From Piptocephalis cylindrospora (lineage: Eukaryota), in assembly GCA_003614145.1 (NCBI GenBank), contig KZ987735.1, positions 1 to 36,875 on the forward strand: 36,875 bases of DNA, in the 5' to 3' direction. Positions 20,594-32,220 of this stretch are shown piece after piece; the stretch's first letter is position 1; every line of letters begins with the position of its first letter. The position numbers were made by a program, and so were the translations under genes. The notes under the pieces were generated by a model. That model was not told where the DNA came from. It worked only from the letters and a program-made list of their open reading frames with translations, and did not search any database.

Positions 20594-21841
20594 TGGGGAT
20601 AAGAGAAGGAAATGGGGATGAAATGGGGGATCCGAGAGGGAGCCGGGTGACCTGAAATCACCTGGCCCGCTTTATATTCTCCACCGTCTCTCCTGAGCCA
20701 GGACATGGTTAAAGAGGAGGGAAGGCCCCCTCCCCCTGCCCTCTCCTACGGATTCTCTTTACTCCTTCTGGACCCGACCGGACCCTACCGACTCCCACCC
20801 CAATTCTACCTAGAGGATGGGGGCCAAGGTCAGCTCTCCCCACACCCAGCAACTGGGGCAGACCTGTGCACATACACAGGCTGGGCGAGCGGAAAGGATC
20901 TCGTCCCGCGGTGTTCCAGGCATGCACTGCACTTACCCCACTCCTGTGGGACGGGGTGGGAGGGGGGAGACATGAGCCAGCCATGTAGCATGACTGGGGA
21001 CAGCAGACCTCTTCCCCCATCTCCCCAAAAAACAGCACCCCTTGAATTGTGTGTGCTACTGGCCTTGCCCTACCGTGCCCTGCCTTGTCCCCCCTACCCC
21101 ATCCCCCACATTGTACGACCCCTCCCTAACACTTGTCGGGTAATATTTGTCTAGTAGTAGTAGTTTTCACCATGCCCCTAATGCCGCCCCCTTCCCTCAA
21201 CAGCATCCAATCATCCTACCCATATCCATGCTGTACCCCATCACGTGGGGAGGGGAAGGAGCTGAGTTCTTTCTTTTTCCCCAGCGGTGAATGATTGATG
21301 CAAGTAAGAGTTTTAAAAGAAACTCAGATCAACCCACTGTATCTGTCTGGTCCTTGGATGGGGAGGAGGAAGCCGTCTTATTTTAAGGATACGGGAAGCC
21401 AGTCCCGTACCTTCGGGGCAGCACTCACTTCATCGTCAGACACTCTCTAGTGAGTCAGGCGGACAAAGTCGAGGAGGTGACTCATGTTGCAAGGGACAGA
21501 TGACGTGAAAGAAAAAGGGAGGAAGGATCTTGAAATAGAGCAAGGGTATATAGCCTGTCAAATTGTACCTGGGAGGAATTAAGCAAGATCCTCGGCCTGC
21601 TCTCATTGCATTATCATTCCCCTTCCCTGACTCCCATAGGCACACACACACACACACTAACAAACAATGCCCTCTAAATGCACATGTCCCACCAAGAATC
21701 ACACAAAAAAAGTCATCTAGTTCACCCCGTCTTGGTCATCTCGTCCACACATGATGGATAAAAAGAGTTCCTAGCTCCGATTCATCCCTCCCAATCCACT
21801 GAGCGTCCCTTTTCCCCCTCGTCATCTGGCGTACGTCCGCC

Positions 21842-24632
21842 TTACTTGGCCTTGCTGAAATGGAAGTCCCAGCTGGATAGCCATTTTCGCGCAATCACTT
21901 GCTCGGGCGTCAGGGTGACGTGGCCATAGACAAAGGATGAAAAGTACCAAAAGGTCCAGGCTTGCCCGGCGACAATGAGGGCAAAGATGATGATCGAGAG
22001 GTAGGAGGGTCGACCCCGGACCCGCTCATCTGTTCCTTTACCCCCTCGTCGCACAAGGGGCATATCCAGGGGCCAGGTCAGGCCGTGGACGAGGGCAAAC
22101 TCAAACACTACTCCGACAGCCGCATAAGCCAGAATGCAGGAGGGGAGGTAGTGATGGAGGAAGAGCTGACGACCCATGAGGAAGAATGGGCCATAATGAA
22201 GGGCCCAGGCGAGAAGGAGGAAACCTCCGCTCCTCCATAGTCTCCCGTGCACCCGCTGGTCCATGGGGTAAAGGCCCCGACGACGGCACAGGGCATCGGC
22301 AAGCATGAGCGCTGCCCACCCGAGGATAGCTACAGCCCCGAGCCACCAGCCAAATGGATTGCCCAGAAGGTAGATCTGTCGCTTGGCCGTCTTATCCGTC
22401 CAGAAGGAGATGCCTCGGAGGAGGAGGGGCCAGGTGAATGGCTCACTCTGGTAGGGATGGGAGGAAGTTAGCTTGTTGTTGTGTCGGATCATGGCCGTTT
22501 GCAGCTCCCAGAACTTGGCGAGGAAGGGCATGGTTCCGACTTCCCGTTCCTTCTTTTCCTGGTCCGACACCCGTCGACCCTGGACCTCCCGAGCCACCCA
22601 CAGGTTGGAACGGCCATCATTCTTCTTGTTCCCGTTCACCTCCTGCTGGGAAAACCCCCATTCCGGGAGCTTACCCGGATGCGTATGGAGGAAGATCCCA
22701 AGGTTCACGTGCACTAGACGAATCGATTGGGCATGACTCTTCCAAGGCTCTCCGGCCTCCTTGGCCCCATCCACCTCAATGCGCCACAGCATGTTCCGAG
22801 GCACCTTGAATTTGTGGGTTCGGTTCGGCGCAAACAGCGTCACCTCCGTGTTGGTCGTCGTAAGAGGAGAGGCCACATCATGGGTGAGGAGAAAGTCCCC
22901 GGTCAGTCCATGCTCCAACCTCACAATATCCATATGCTTAATGGTCTTGTTCCATGTGGGGTACTTTTCCTTCAAGGTTTCTAAAGGAATGTGCTTGATA
23001 TGAGGGTTGGGTTGGGGGTCCGAATGAGTACCATTGGTATTGGCCTTGTTCACCCCTGTAACGCCCGGGGCAGACGATGGCGAGGAAGATGATAAGGAGG
23101 AGGAGGAGGAGGAGGAGGTATCCTCAGCAAGAGATCGCTTCCTCAATTCCTCTCTCCTGTGACCTTCCTCGGTCTCGATGGAGGAGGTGGTGGGATCAGC
23201 CCCAGTCTCTCCGCTAAGGATGCTCGAAGAGATCGTGGACATGGAAGAGGAGGAGGCAGCCTGGGATTGAGCTTGGGGGGTGGCACTGTCCTCGAGACCA
23301 AGAGCCGTGGAGATTTCAGCAATCTCGGGATCCACGGGCCAGATCCTCCAAAAGTTATTGGCATCGGGATGCCCGTACCCGGTCACTTGCTGTCCAGTGG
23401 TAGAGACCCGTTGATCCTTGTACCTTAAGGGGTAGTTGTGCGGGTGGGAATGGAGAAAGGCCTTGGTGTCTAGATGCTGCAGAGTAATGTTATCACCATA
23501 CCGGATCTCCAGGGACTCGGAGATCATACGATTGCCCTCCAAGGTGGATTGGAAGCGAAGGGACATAAAGTTATCACCGGGACCCGAGTGGTTCAAAATG
23601 AGGAAATGGACCCAGAAGGAGGCCAGGTAGATGAGGAAGGGGAGGAGGATAAGGCCAAAGGCCCGGGCGGCAAAGTGTCCGCCAACTTGACGCATGGTCA
23701 GACCCTTACGGATGTCCAGTTTGCCCCAGAGATCCCATAGGACCGATACTCCGATGAGTCCGACGGTGAAAAGCCCGACCATCTTGACCGATAGAGTTAG
23801 GGCCATGAACGTACCGCACCCACATAGCCAGGCCCACCACTCCACTGAGTATTCCTGGTATCGGAGACGATGAAAGCGAATGTAGCAGTAGAGACAGAGG
23901 CACATGAAGAGCATGAGCATGGAGTCCAGGAGAATGAGGCGGGACTGCGTGACCAGGCCATTGTCCAGAAGAATCAGTATGGCAACGAGGGTCGAGGAGA
24001 GGAGGCTGTATCCGCTCTCGCGCATTGTCATGAAAAGGATGGGGACGACGAGGGCGCCGCACAAGGCCGGCCAGGCCCGGAGGGCAACATACGGCACACC
24101 ATGTTCCACATAATCCAGGCCAATCTCTTTGAAGAGAAAGTTTCCATCGTATCCCACAAAGTATCCCACAAAGGCCAAGAGCATCTTGGCCAGGGGAGGA
24201 TGGACGTCAAAGAAGAAGGTCCGACGCAGGTAGTACGAGGCAAACTTTCCAAAGTGCACCTCATCAAACACGACCTTTCCAGGCTGGTGGAGCATGTAGA
24301 ATCGCGTAGCCATGGCCAATAGTGTGACTAGGGCCAAGAGAACGTAATGCAAAGTGTTTTCCGTAGATGCTTTTAGCGGGGCGATGGGCTATAGGGCGAG
24401 AATAGGAAGATGAGAGCAAGCACAGGAAGGGGGGAATTCGGCGCAACAGCAAGCCTACCTCGTCCAAAGCCGCAAGGGTCGAAGACCTCCGACGACCAGG
24501 GGAGCTTTTTTCATCCTTTGGGTCCAGTAGGGCATGTGTTTCCGTGGCGGGAAAATCCTCCTTGACGGGGGGGGGAGCCAAGCGTTGACGTAGCTCGCCT
24601 TCCTCTGGTTGGCGAGAGGGGCTTGTGGACAT
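21842..24632 (-). CDS. PMT4: Dolichyl-phosphate-mannose:protein O-mannosyltransferase, PMT4 subfamily, ~906 aa, 2 exons
   Basis: Exon 1 24632-24459, intron 24458-24389 (GTAGGC...TATAG), exon 2 24388-21842. Motifs VVFDEVHFGKFASYYL, FFDVHPP, QSRLILLD, SGPGDNFMS, the MIR segment LHSHPHNYPLRY..RVS..GQQVTGY (Pmt4-type), HPYQSEP and GRQLFLHHYLP. Confidence 0.95.
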
Positions 24633-25045
24633 TGGCTAAGTAAGGGGGGTTGGGGGGATGAGGGGAATGGGGGGGGGGGGGGGGGGTGAGGAGGGAGAAA
24701 AAGAGGGGGGGGGGGGGGGGGGGAGGGGAGACAGCGACGTGACGTGCGTTGAGGCCGGGGAAGGGAAGGGGGGTGCAAGGTTGAGAGGAAGGGAAATGGT
24801 GTAGAAAAAACAAAAAAGTACGAAGAAAGGAGACCAGATTGAAGGAGAAAGGAGAGTGGGAGTGGGGGGGAGAGAGGAGACGGGACCTGAGTGACCTTTA
24901 TATGGGAGGATGAATGGGCGAGGGGCGGGTGTGTGGTGTGCGGGAGTGAGAATGGGAAATGGGAGTGCGTGAGGGAGAGATGCGACGGGGAGGGGGATGA
25001 CAGGATGAGAGGACGACGATGAGGACGTGTGGTTGTGGATGTGTC

Positions 25046-25200
25046 GGAGAGAGAGAGAGAGAGAGGAAGAGGCGGGCGAGGGGGGAGGAAACACACTTAT
25101 CTCCCGCTTGAAGCCATGCAAACTGGGAGAGCAGGGCGGAAGAGGACGCGCGGACGAATGACAGTCCAGCCTGGACCGCTTGAGTGACGGATGATTCTGT
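25046..25200 (+). repeat. Copy 1 of a ~155-bp direct duplication beginning at a (GA)n tract
   Basis: 25046-25136 is identical to 32879-32969 (offset 7833); similarity decays afterwards. Confidence 0.95.
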
Positions 25201-27105
25201 TGCGGGGAGAGAGAGAACGAGGGTAAGTGAGTGAATGAGTGAGTGTGTGGCAGGGAAAGAGAGGATGTGTGAGAGGGAGTGCTTAGAGCGGGGAATGGGA
25301 TCTTCCCTTCCATTGGCTAAAAGGACCCGGATGAGTGGGGGAGACGCGGGACCTTTCCAGTTCGATGAGGGAATAGAGGAAGGGTTTCACTGGGTTTGGA
25401 CCTGGACAGACGACGATGAATGTCATTTTGACTAGTTGTGGAAAGCGAGCGTACTACTGTAGATCAACACCAGAGGACACAAACATACGTCTTCGTGTGC
25501 TGGGGGGCAGAGTGATCAAGGAAAGGGAGAGGTGGTGTTGGTTCTGGAAGAGAGACAGATCAAGGGAAGGGGGCAAAGCGAGAAGATGTCATTGTTGCGT
25601 GTTGTGTGCATGTCAACAGGGCCTATGGATGGTTTATCATGCGTGTATGTGTGTGTGTGTGTGGGTATGTAGATGTGTATGGGTATGTAGATGTGTATGT
25701 GTGTCTCCTGTGTGTCTGCTGTGCGCCTCTCCGTCCCTGGGAGGTCTTGCGTGTGGACGTTGATCTGACGATCCAATCATGGGGATAAAGAGGGAGGTGG
25801 TTGAAAGGTGGGGTTTGACAACAGGATGAATCCATGAGATTGGTTCTCTTCTCTCTACCAGTATGGACAGGACGGATGGGTTCGGCAGGAGTCTGGGGAT
25901 CTATCCTGGGGGAGGGGGGGCTAAAGCCCCTTCTACTCTGTAGGATATTTAGGATTTGAAAGGTATCCATCCCTCCCTCCCCCTGTTCTTGTCCCTACAC
26001 TGTGTATGTTGGCGAAGAACTTGGGATCTATCCGACCTACCGCATGGAATGCTGCCATAGACTTGGATCTGACTAACATGTCAAGTGTCAGCATAAGAGC
26101 AGGAGGACGTCGGAGTTGTTCTCAAAATTAGAACCCAGTCCCTTGGACTCCGACGCTTGGTGTATGGAGCAGAGGGAGCTTGTGTCGGAGTAGTAACAGT
26201 ATGTGTAGGCGGGGTCCCAATCCATACCAGGTGACAGAGATCCGATGAAGTGGGATGGAGGGGAGGATACTGGGTTCACTTGGACAGGAGTGGAAGAGGA
26301 GGATGCTGGGCCAACTCGGATTGGAAAGAGAGATGGGATGAGATCTTGGGGATGGCCAGGTAACAAGGGATAAACCCCTCCTCCCGTGGCCAAGGAGGCC
26401 AAGCGACCAGACAGGTCCTTCTTTTTTTGTGACGAAAGAGGGAAGAAGGGATGATCCGAGAGGATGACTTGATCTGGATTGATCGTGCAGACTTGCCTAT
26501 ATCAAGAGGCCATTTGACCCCTCCTGAACGTGATGACCTCCTACACGGTTGGACAGGGGAGGGGATCAGAGGTGGATAAGTATCCTCTTTTCTTTTCTTT
26601 TCTTCTCTCCTTTTCCACTTTACCAGCCAAGCCGGAATGAGGTTGGGACCAAGAGGACCAGTACGAACCTCTAGCACCGCTTGTCCATTCTCCTTTCCTT
26701 CGACATGACATCATCTTTTCTTGGGGTCAACCATCAGATTGGAAGGGAAGCGGAGTAGTCACCGCCTGATCACTCTATGCACAAGGCCCATCCCACACTT
26801 GAGTGTAATAGCACTTGAGCACCATGGGCAAGTCTATGTATCCCTTTCCCTCCCCCCCTCTCTCTGTCGGTGTGTGTTGTGTGTGTACGTTGCTACGATG
26901 ATGAGGGTGGGGAATGTCTTAAAGGCCCAAAGCTATCCTTGCCCTCTGCCTTTTCTTCCTCTCCTCTCCTCTCCTCTCCTCCCCTCTCCTCTCCACTTTC
27001 TCTCCTCCCCTGTGTACTTCCTCCTTTCCCTCCCTCCCTCCCTTCTCCCCCACACTCCTCCTCTTTCCCCATTCCTCTTGTACACCACATCACCAAGATC
27101 CTTCC

Positions 27106-27875
27106 ATGCCAATGTCCAACGAGATCACCTCCACCCTGAAACTCCTTCTTATTGGCAATTCTAACGTGGGCAAATCCTCCATCTTACTACGCTTTACCGA
27201 TGATTCCTTTTTACCTCAAGAAGAGACCAGTGCTACCATTGGTGAGTGAGATGGATCTACCCAGACCTCCTTTGACCCCGTCCACTCACCCTACCTCCTC
27301 CCCACAGGCGTCGATTTTAAGGTCAAGATGATGGAGCTAGAGGGGAAAAAATACAAGCTCACCATTTGGGATACAGCGGGCCAGGAAAGGTTCCGCACCC
27401 TCACCTCCTCATACTACCGTGGGGCCCAGGGCGTCATCTTAGTCTATGATGTCACTAACCGTGCCACCTTTGATCAATTGGACGTATGGTTCAAGGAATT
27501 GGACACTTACGCCACCCACAAGGAGGTCGTCAAAATGGTGGTGGGGAACAAGGTTGATAAAGAATCCGATCGTGTTGTCTCCCTCGAGGAGGGTCAATCC
27601 CTCGCCGAGTCCCGAGGCGCCCTTTTTTGCGAGTGTAGCGCCAAGACGCGTATGGGCATCCTAACTGCCATGGAACAGCTGGTTGGCAAGGTAGGTCGCG
27701 CTCTACCGAAAACTCTGCCTTTCCCCCCCTCCCTCTCTCACTCTCCTTCTTTCCTCGGTAGATCATCGAAACGCCCAGCTTGTGGCAAAACGCCAAAAGG
27801 TCTGGGAGATCTACTCGACTGGTCGATCCTCGAGCCTCTGGCAATGGCGATGTGGGTGGGTCCTGTTCTTGCTAG
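27106..27875 (+). CDS. RAB18: Rab18 small GTPase, ~210 aa, 3 exons
   Basis: Exons 27106-27241, 27308-27690, 27762-27875. LKLLLIGNSNVGKSSILLRFTDD, SATIGVDFK, WDTAGQERFRTLTSSYYRGAQGVILVYDV (Rab18-type), GNKVDK, ECSAK, IIETPSLW and a C-terminal CSC* prenylation motif. Confidence 0.95.
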
Positions 27876-28194
27876 GCTACCCTACCGGATGGGTGAATAG
27901 GGCACACATACAGAGAGCGAAAGAACGAGAGCAAGAGAGCAAGAGAGAGAGAGAGAGCGCGCCCTTTTTGGTGTATAGGATATCAATGTAAAGAGGGCCC
28001 TTGGACAATATGACCCGATGATGCTCTCATGGTCGTGTCATCTGACGTGCACATAGCAGCACCGCTCGTATGGCATAAAAAGTTCAAAAAAGGTACTCAT
28101 TCTAGGATATAGGATAAAAGAAAAACAATGACAAGATGGATCGTCCAACGAGTCATAAGAGGGGGGGAGATGTGGACGAGCCATCCACTTCTTC

Positions 28195-29463
28195 TCAGGG
28201 TAGACTACCAAACGAGTCATGCGCTCGTCCAGGATACGGCCATAGTCCAAGCCATTCCCCCATCCCACCCAGGACCAGGACCAGCCGGATGGAGGGATCC
28301 AGCATAAGAGGATGGGCTCGATGGTCCGGTCGACACCATAAAAGCCCCTCCTCCTTCTCCTCCAGTTGGCCCAATAGCTCATCTAGGGTTAGGTGGATCT
28401 GGCCCTTGGTCAACACCTCCTCAAGATCCTCATCCAGGATCCATCCCTTTACCCCAGCCTGGTGCATGGCCTCGACCGCCATGGCATCGGCATTAGACTC
28501 CCTCTTCCCTCCTCCCTTCTGTTCCGTCCCCCTCAGTACTCCGACTACCCCGGTCCTTCGTCGTCCCGGGAGGGAGAAGAGACGTGTCACCGTCCAGCCC
28601 CCCGGCACCAGGGGGATGATCGAGGAGGGGTGCATACACTCCCCCACCGTCAGGGCCAGTCGACGACCCAATGCTCCCCCGGGATGGTGTAGGGCAAAGT
28701 CCTGGTCATTGACCTGTCGGGCATCCGCTAAGGCCAGGGCCAGAGCATCTCCCATGGCCATGGCTAGGGTGGTCGATGTCGTCGGAGCCGGGATGGTAGG
28801 ATGGGCCTCGGACCCCACCGAGACGTCCAGAATGGCTCGGGATGCCCTGGCCAGGCTGGACCCCGCTTGACCCGTCACCGCGATGATCGGGCAGCCTCGA
28901 CGCGTGAGCGACGGGAGAAGCCGCAAGATCTCCTGGGTCTCCCCGCTATAACTTATGGCCATCACCACATCCCCCGACCGTATCATCCCCAAATCCCCGT
29001 GGATCGCATCGGCAGGATGCAGGGGAAGCGCCGACATCCCTATGCTTTGCAGGGTCGCTGCCGTCTTTCTCGCCACCAGCCCCGATTTGCCCATCCCCGT
29101 CAGGATGAGTGATCCTCCCTTGTCTAGCACCTCGGTGCTTAGTCGGACGGCCTCTTGAAATCCCAGTGGCGATTGGCCTAATCGGTCAGCTGCTTCCTCC
29201 AGCTCCCTTGCCTGCTGCCTCAACGTCGCCATGGCGCTCTTGACCGTGCACGTCAATGCGTCCTTTGGTGAGACAGGAGAGTTTGGGATGGCTGGGCAGG
29301 TCGGGGAGGCCGGGGAAGTAGGGCACGTGCTAGTGGCTGAAGTGGGCGAAGGCGGGGTGGTGGAGTGGGAAAGACTAGAGAGGTGGGTGGCTGCAGCACC
29401 ACATGTCCGTGAACCCACATCACTACTCTCCATCACAAGTGCTGGTGTTGAATGAGGAGTCAT
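28195..29463 (-). CDS. KpsF/GutQ/KdsD-family SIS-domain sugar-phosphate isomerase (arabinose-5-phosphate isomerase-like), degenerate CBS region, 422 aa
   Basis: Motifs TGMGKSG, HPADAIHGDLGMI, ISYSGETQE, EA.P..APTTSTT..AMGDALA and DFALHHPGGALGRRL..TV.ECMH. S/T/P-rich N-terminal extension. Intronless. Confidence 0.92.
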   Translation of the reverse strand: MTPHSTPALVMESSDVGSRTCGAAATHLSSLSHSTTPPSPTSATSTCPTSPASPTCPAIPNSPVSPKDALTCTVKSAMATLRQQARELEEAADRLGQSPLGFQEAVRLSTEVLDKGGSLILTGMGKSGLVARKTAATLQSIGMSALPLHPADAIHGDLGMIRSGDVVMAISYSGETQEILRLLPSLTRRGCPIIAVTGQAGSSLARASRAILDVSVGSEAHPTIPAPTTSTTLAMAMGDALALALADARQVNDQDFALHHPGGALGRRLALTVGECMHPSSIIPLVPGGWTVTRLFSLPGRRRTGVVGVLRGTEQKGGGKRESNADAMAVEAMHQAGVKGWILDEDLEEVLTKGQIHLTLDELLGQLEEKEEGLLWCRPDHRAHPLMLDPSIRLVLVLGGMGEWLGLWPYPGRAHDSFGSLP

Positions 29464-30450
29464 TCCAGGTGGGAAGGGATATGAGAGAAGAGAAAACGCG
29501 ATTTGAATAGCTTGATCAGGGAATGAGGAAAGTCGTCTGACGAGGATCCTGCTTAAAAAGACATACTCCTTGCCCTTTTCCCTCCTCTTCTGGGGATACG
29601 GGAAGTTTACCTCCGTCCCCGCCCCCTGTCTGTCATCCAGTCCTATCCATCACATCTACTCTTTTTTTCCTCCGATAGGCCAGAAGGAAAGGAGGGGGTG
29701 GAAGAGGGAGAGGAGAGGGTGACACCACACACACTAGGAGGCTGTGACACATACATACACAACACATATAAGACTGGCGCACGCCATCTCCTCTCAGCAG
29801 AGATGATGACCCTCTCTAACAAACTCGCTATGCAAGCAGAACAGAGGATGGTGGGAGGTTTAAGTTTCACTGTGTGTAGTATAGTACCTATTTGTGCTAT
29901 GCAGCATAACATCCTCCCCTCAAAACTCTCGTGGGTAGTGGATAGGATCCTGTCAGGTGCACAGAAAGGGGATAGAGTATACCCTACGCTCATTTTTCGT
30001 TCCTCCTCCGCTGGAGATGACTAACCATCCCCGATATTTCCCCGTCCATCTCCTCATCAGTACGTTCTATGCATATTATCTCTGACAAGGATGATCTGAT
30101 AGGGGATAGATAGATAGATGAGCAGTAGTCGGGCAAGGACTGGGAGTCAGGAGGGACACATGATGAGATTGGATAGATAAGAGAGATGATGATCCATTTA
30201 TAATCTTGACTGGTCGATGGTGTTATGATTCCATTGAGAACCCAGATTCTATCGTCTTTCATCTATCAACTTTACTGTCTACATTAAAATGAGGAAATAA
30301 ATGATTCACACAGCCATTAACTTGTGCACCTACGATGAGAGTTCCGAGTCGTTGTTATTGTTTTGACATTCTCTCTCTCTCTCTCTCTCTCTCTTGAGCT
30401 GCACCTCTTCACCATCGTCCCTTGTTTAATCTTTGCCTCCTGAGACGATC

Positions 30451-32220
30451 ATGACTTCCCTTCCTCTCCATTCCCTCCTCGACAAGGCCAGTCCACCCGC
30501 CTCATTTGCAGAGACCCAACGGGATCCCGAGGAGCAGGGTAAGTCTGTGTTCTGCACCTGCTAGTGCCTCCCCACCTCATATCCTCCTCCTCATAGACGC
30601 GTCCCTTGGCCTCTCCTCAGCCTCCAAAGATTACCTGGCCCAGCTTCCAGCCGTCTTGGAAGATATATCAACCCTCTTACGCAACACTCCAAGGGATGTC
30701 TTGGGAGAAGGATCCATGGTCCAGGTCTTATCCGTCTGTGGAAGGCTTCAACGCCCAACCGATCCCTGGTCCTCCACTATCATCGCTGCCCAGGCCCATC
30801 GCATCCTACTCACCTTGGCCCATGACTCTTCCTCTATTCAATCCTTTGTCGATCCGTACATCCACCAGATCATTGCTCAATCCCTTCGTCCCGCCTTCCT
30901 TCATACCATGCACCCATCCATTCATCCTCTTACGGGGAGACGCGTCCCCTGGCCCAAGGAAAAACCCTCCACATTCTCCATGGATCAAGCCTGGAAAGAT
31001 CAGTATCCCGGTACCACCACTCTACTTGAATGGGTCATTGATCATCTGACGGTGCGTCCCTACCCCGACCCTTCGTTTCATCACCTTACCCTAATCAATC
31101 ACCCCTCCACAGCCAGAAACACTACAGAATGACCTGGGTAGTCTCCTCCCAATGATCCTGACACTCTTGGAGGACTGGGAAGCCAGATTCGTCCTACGCG
31201 CCCTCCACATCCTCCAGCATGTCCTTACCCTGATTTCCCCTGATCTTCTGGTCCAAAGGGGCATTGACCTTGTTCTTCATCAGTCCTTGCGCTCCACATG
31301 TGCCTACCGTTCTGGGTCGGTTCATGGCCCCTCCATCCTCCAGACCTCTGTCTCTCTCTCCCTCCAATGTCTTTCCCGGGCACGTCCCCTTCATCCCGAG
31401 GATGTGTGGTTTCGCGGCGTGGATTCTCTGTACCGTCGGGCCATCCTTGATAATGCTCTCTTCATTGGTTATGATACCAACGCTCAACTCGCCCTACTTG
31501 TCTCCATGGAGCAGTGCATCACCGCCCTTGATCTACCCTCGATCAAGTACGAAAAGGTATGTGTATCTTTGCTGTGAGGGCTGAAAGGGTAAGAGAGAGT
31601 GGTGTCTCATTCACCTTTTCCTCCCCTTTTCCCTCCCCCCCCCCCCCCCCACTCAGAGATCTCTTACACTTCTCAAGGACATCTTGGATCACGCCTCCCC
31701 CCCTCTTCTTTCCCCTCTCTTTGCCACTTTAAACACCCTTCTTCAGGTGGGCTATCCCAGGTAAGTTATCGGACGGATAAATCCTCTCTTCTATGCTCAT
31801 CCTCCCCCTTTAGAATCTCCACATACGCCCCTCTTCTCTTTCACCTCCTGACTCGTGGTTGGCTTCTCCTAGACAAGGCTCAAGAGACTCTTCCTCTCCC
31901 CAGACAAATCATCCTGCACACCTCATCCCTTCTCCACGCTTTATCGCCTGATCTATGGAAGGTATGTCCTTTTCCTTTGTCCTTTTGCACCTCTCCTCAC
32001 CATTCACCTCCCACAGAGTGCTATGGATGAAGCTTGTCGTGTCCAGCCGATCCTTTTTACTTCTCTTTGTCAAGATACTCTTCTTTGTCTGGACGCCTCC
32101 TCCATCCCCCTTCTCTCAAGTTATTTCACACAGATTCATCTGGGTCCTACTGTCATCATTCAACGGCAAGCCTGTGCCACCCATCCCCCTCGGTGTTTGG
32201 GGCCCTGTTATGAACTCTGA
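30451..32220 (+). CDS. TTI2: Tti2 (TEL2-interacting protein 2, TTT complex)-like, ~480 aa, 6 exons
   Basis: Exons 30451-30538, 30597-31051, 31113-31556, 31657-31760, 31814-31961, 32017-32220 (1443 nt, phase-consistent). Recalled fungal Tti2-like motifs: RPAF..HP.IHP.TGR, Q.WK..PG...L.W, LPMILTLLEDW and GYPRI (usually WPRI). Helical repeat character. Confidence 0.7.

Noticed and set aside
21380..21439. Hammerhead core CTGACGA on the minus strand
   Set aside because: No stem II followed by GAAA.
24455..25313. Pro/Ser/Leu-rich ORFs of 213 and 225 aa
   Set aside because: Translations of poly-G and (GA)n low-complexity sequence upstream of PMT4; 24650-24830 itself looks like low-quality sequence.
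13561..27875. Functional cluster of organelle/contact-site genes (PMP47, cystinosin, MSP, Rab18), with TCACGTG at 15362 and 21241
   Set aside because: Interspersed with unrelated genes; isolated 7-mers are expected by chance; no evidence of co-regulation.
11347..29463. DASS and KpsF as one transferred bacterial island or contamination
   Set aside because: About 15 kb apart, separated by intron-containing eukaryotic genes, with host-like composition and low-complexity N-terminal extensions.
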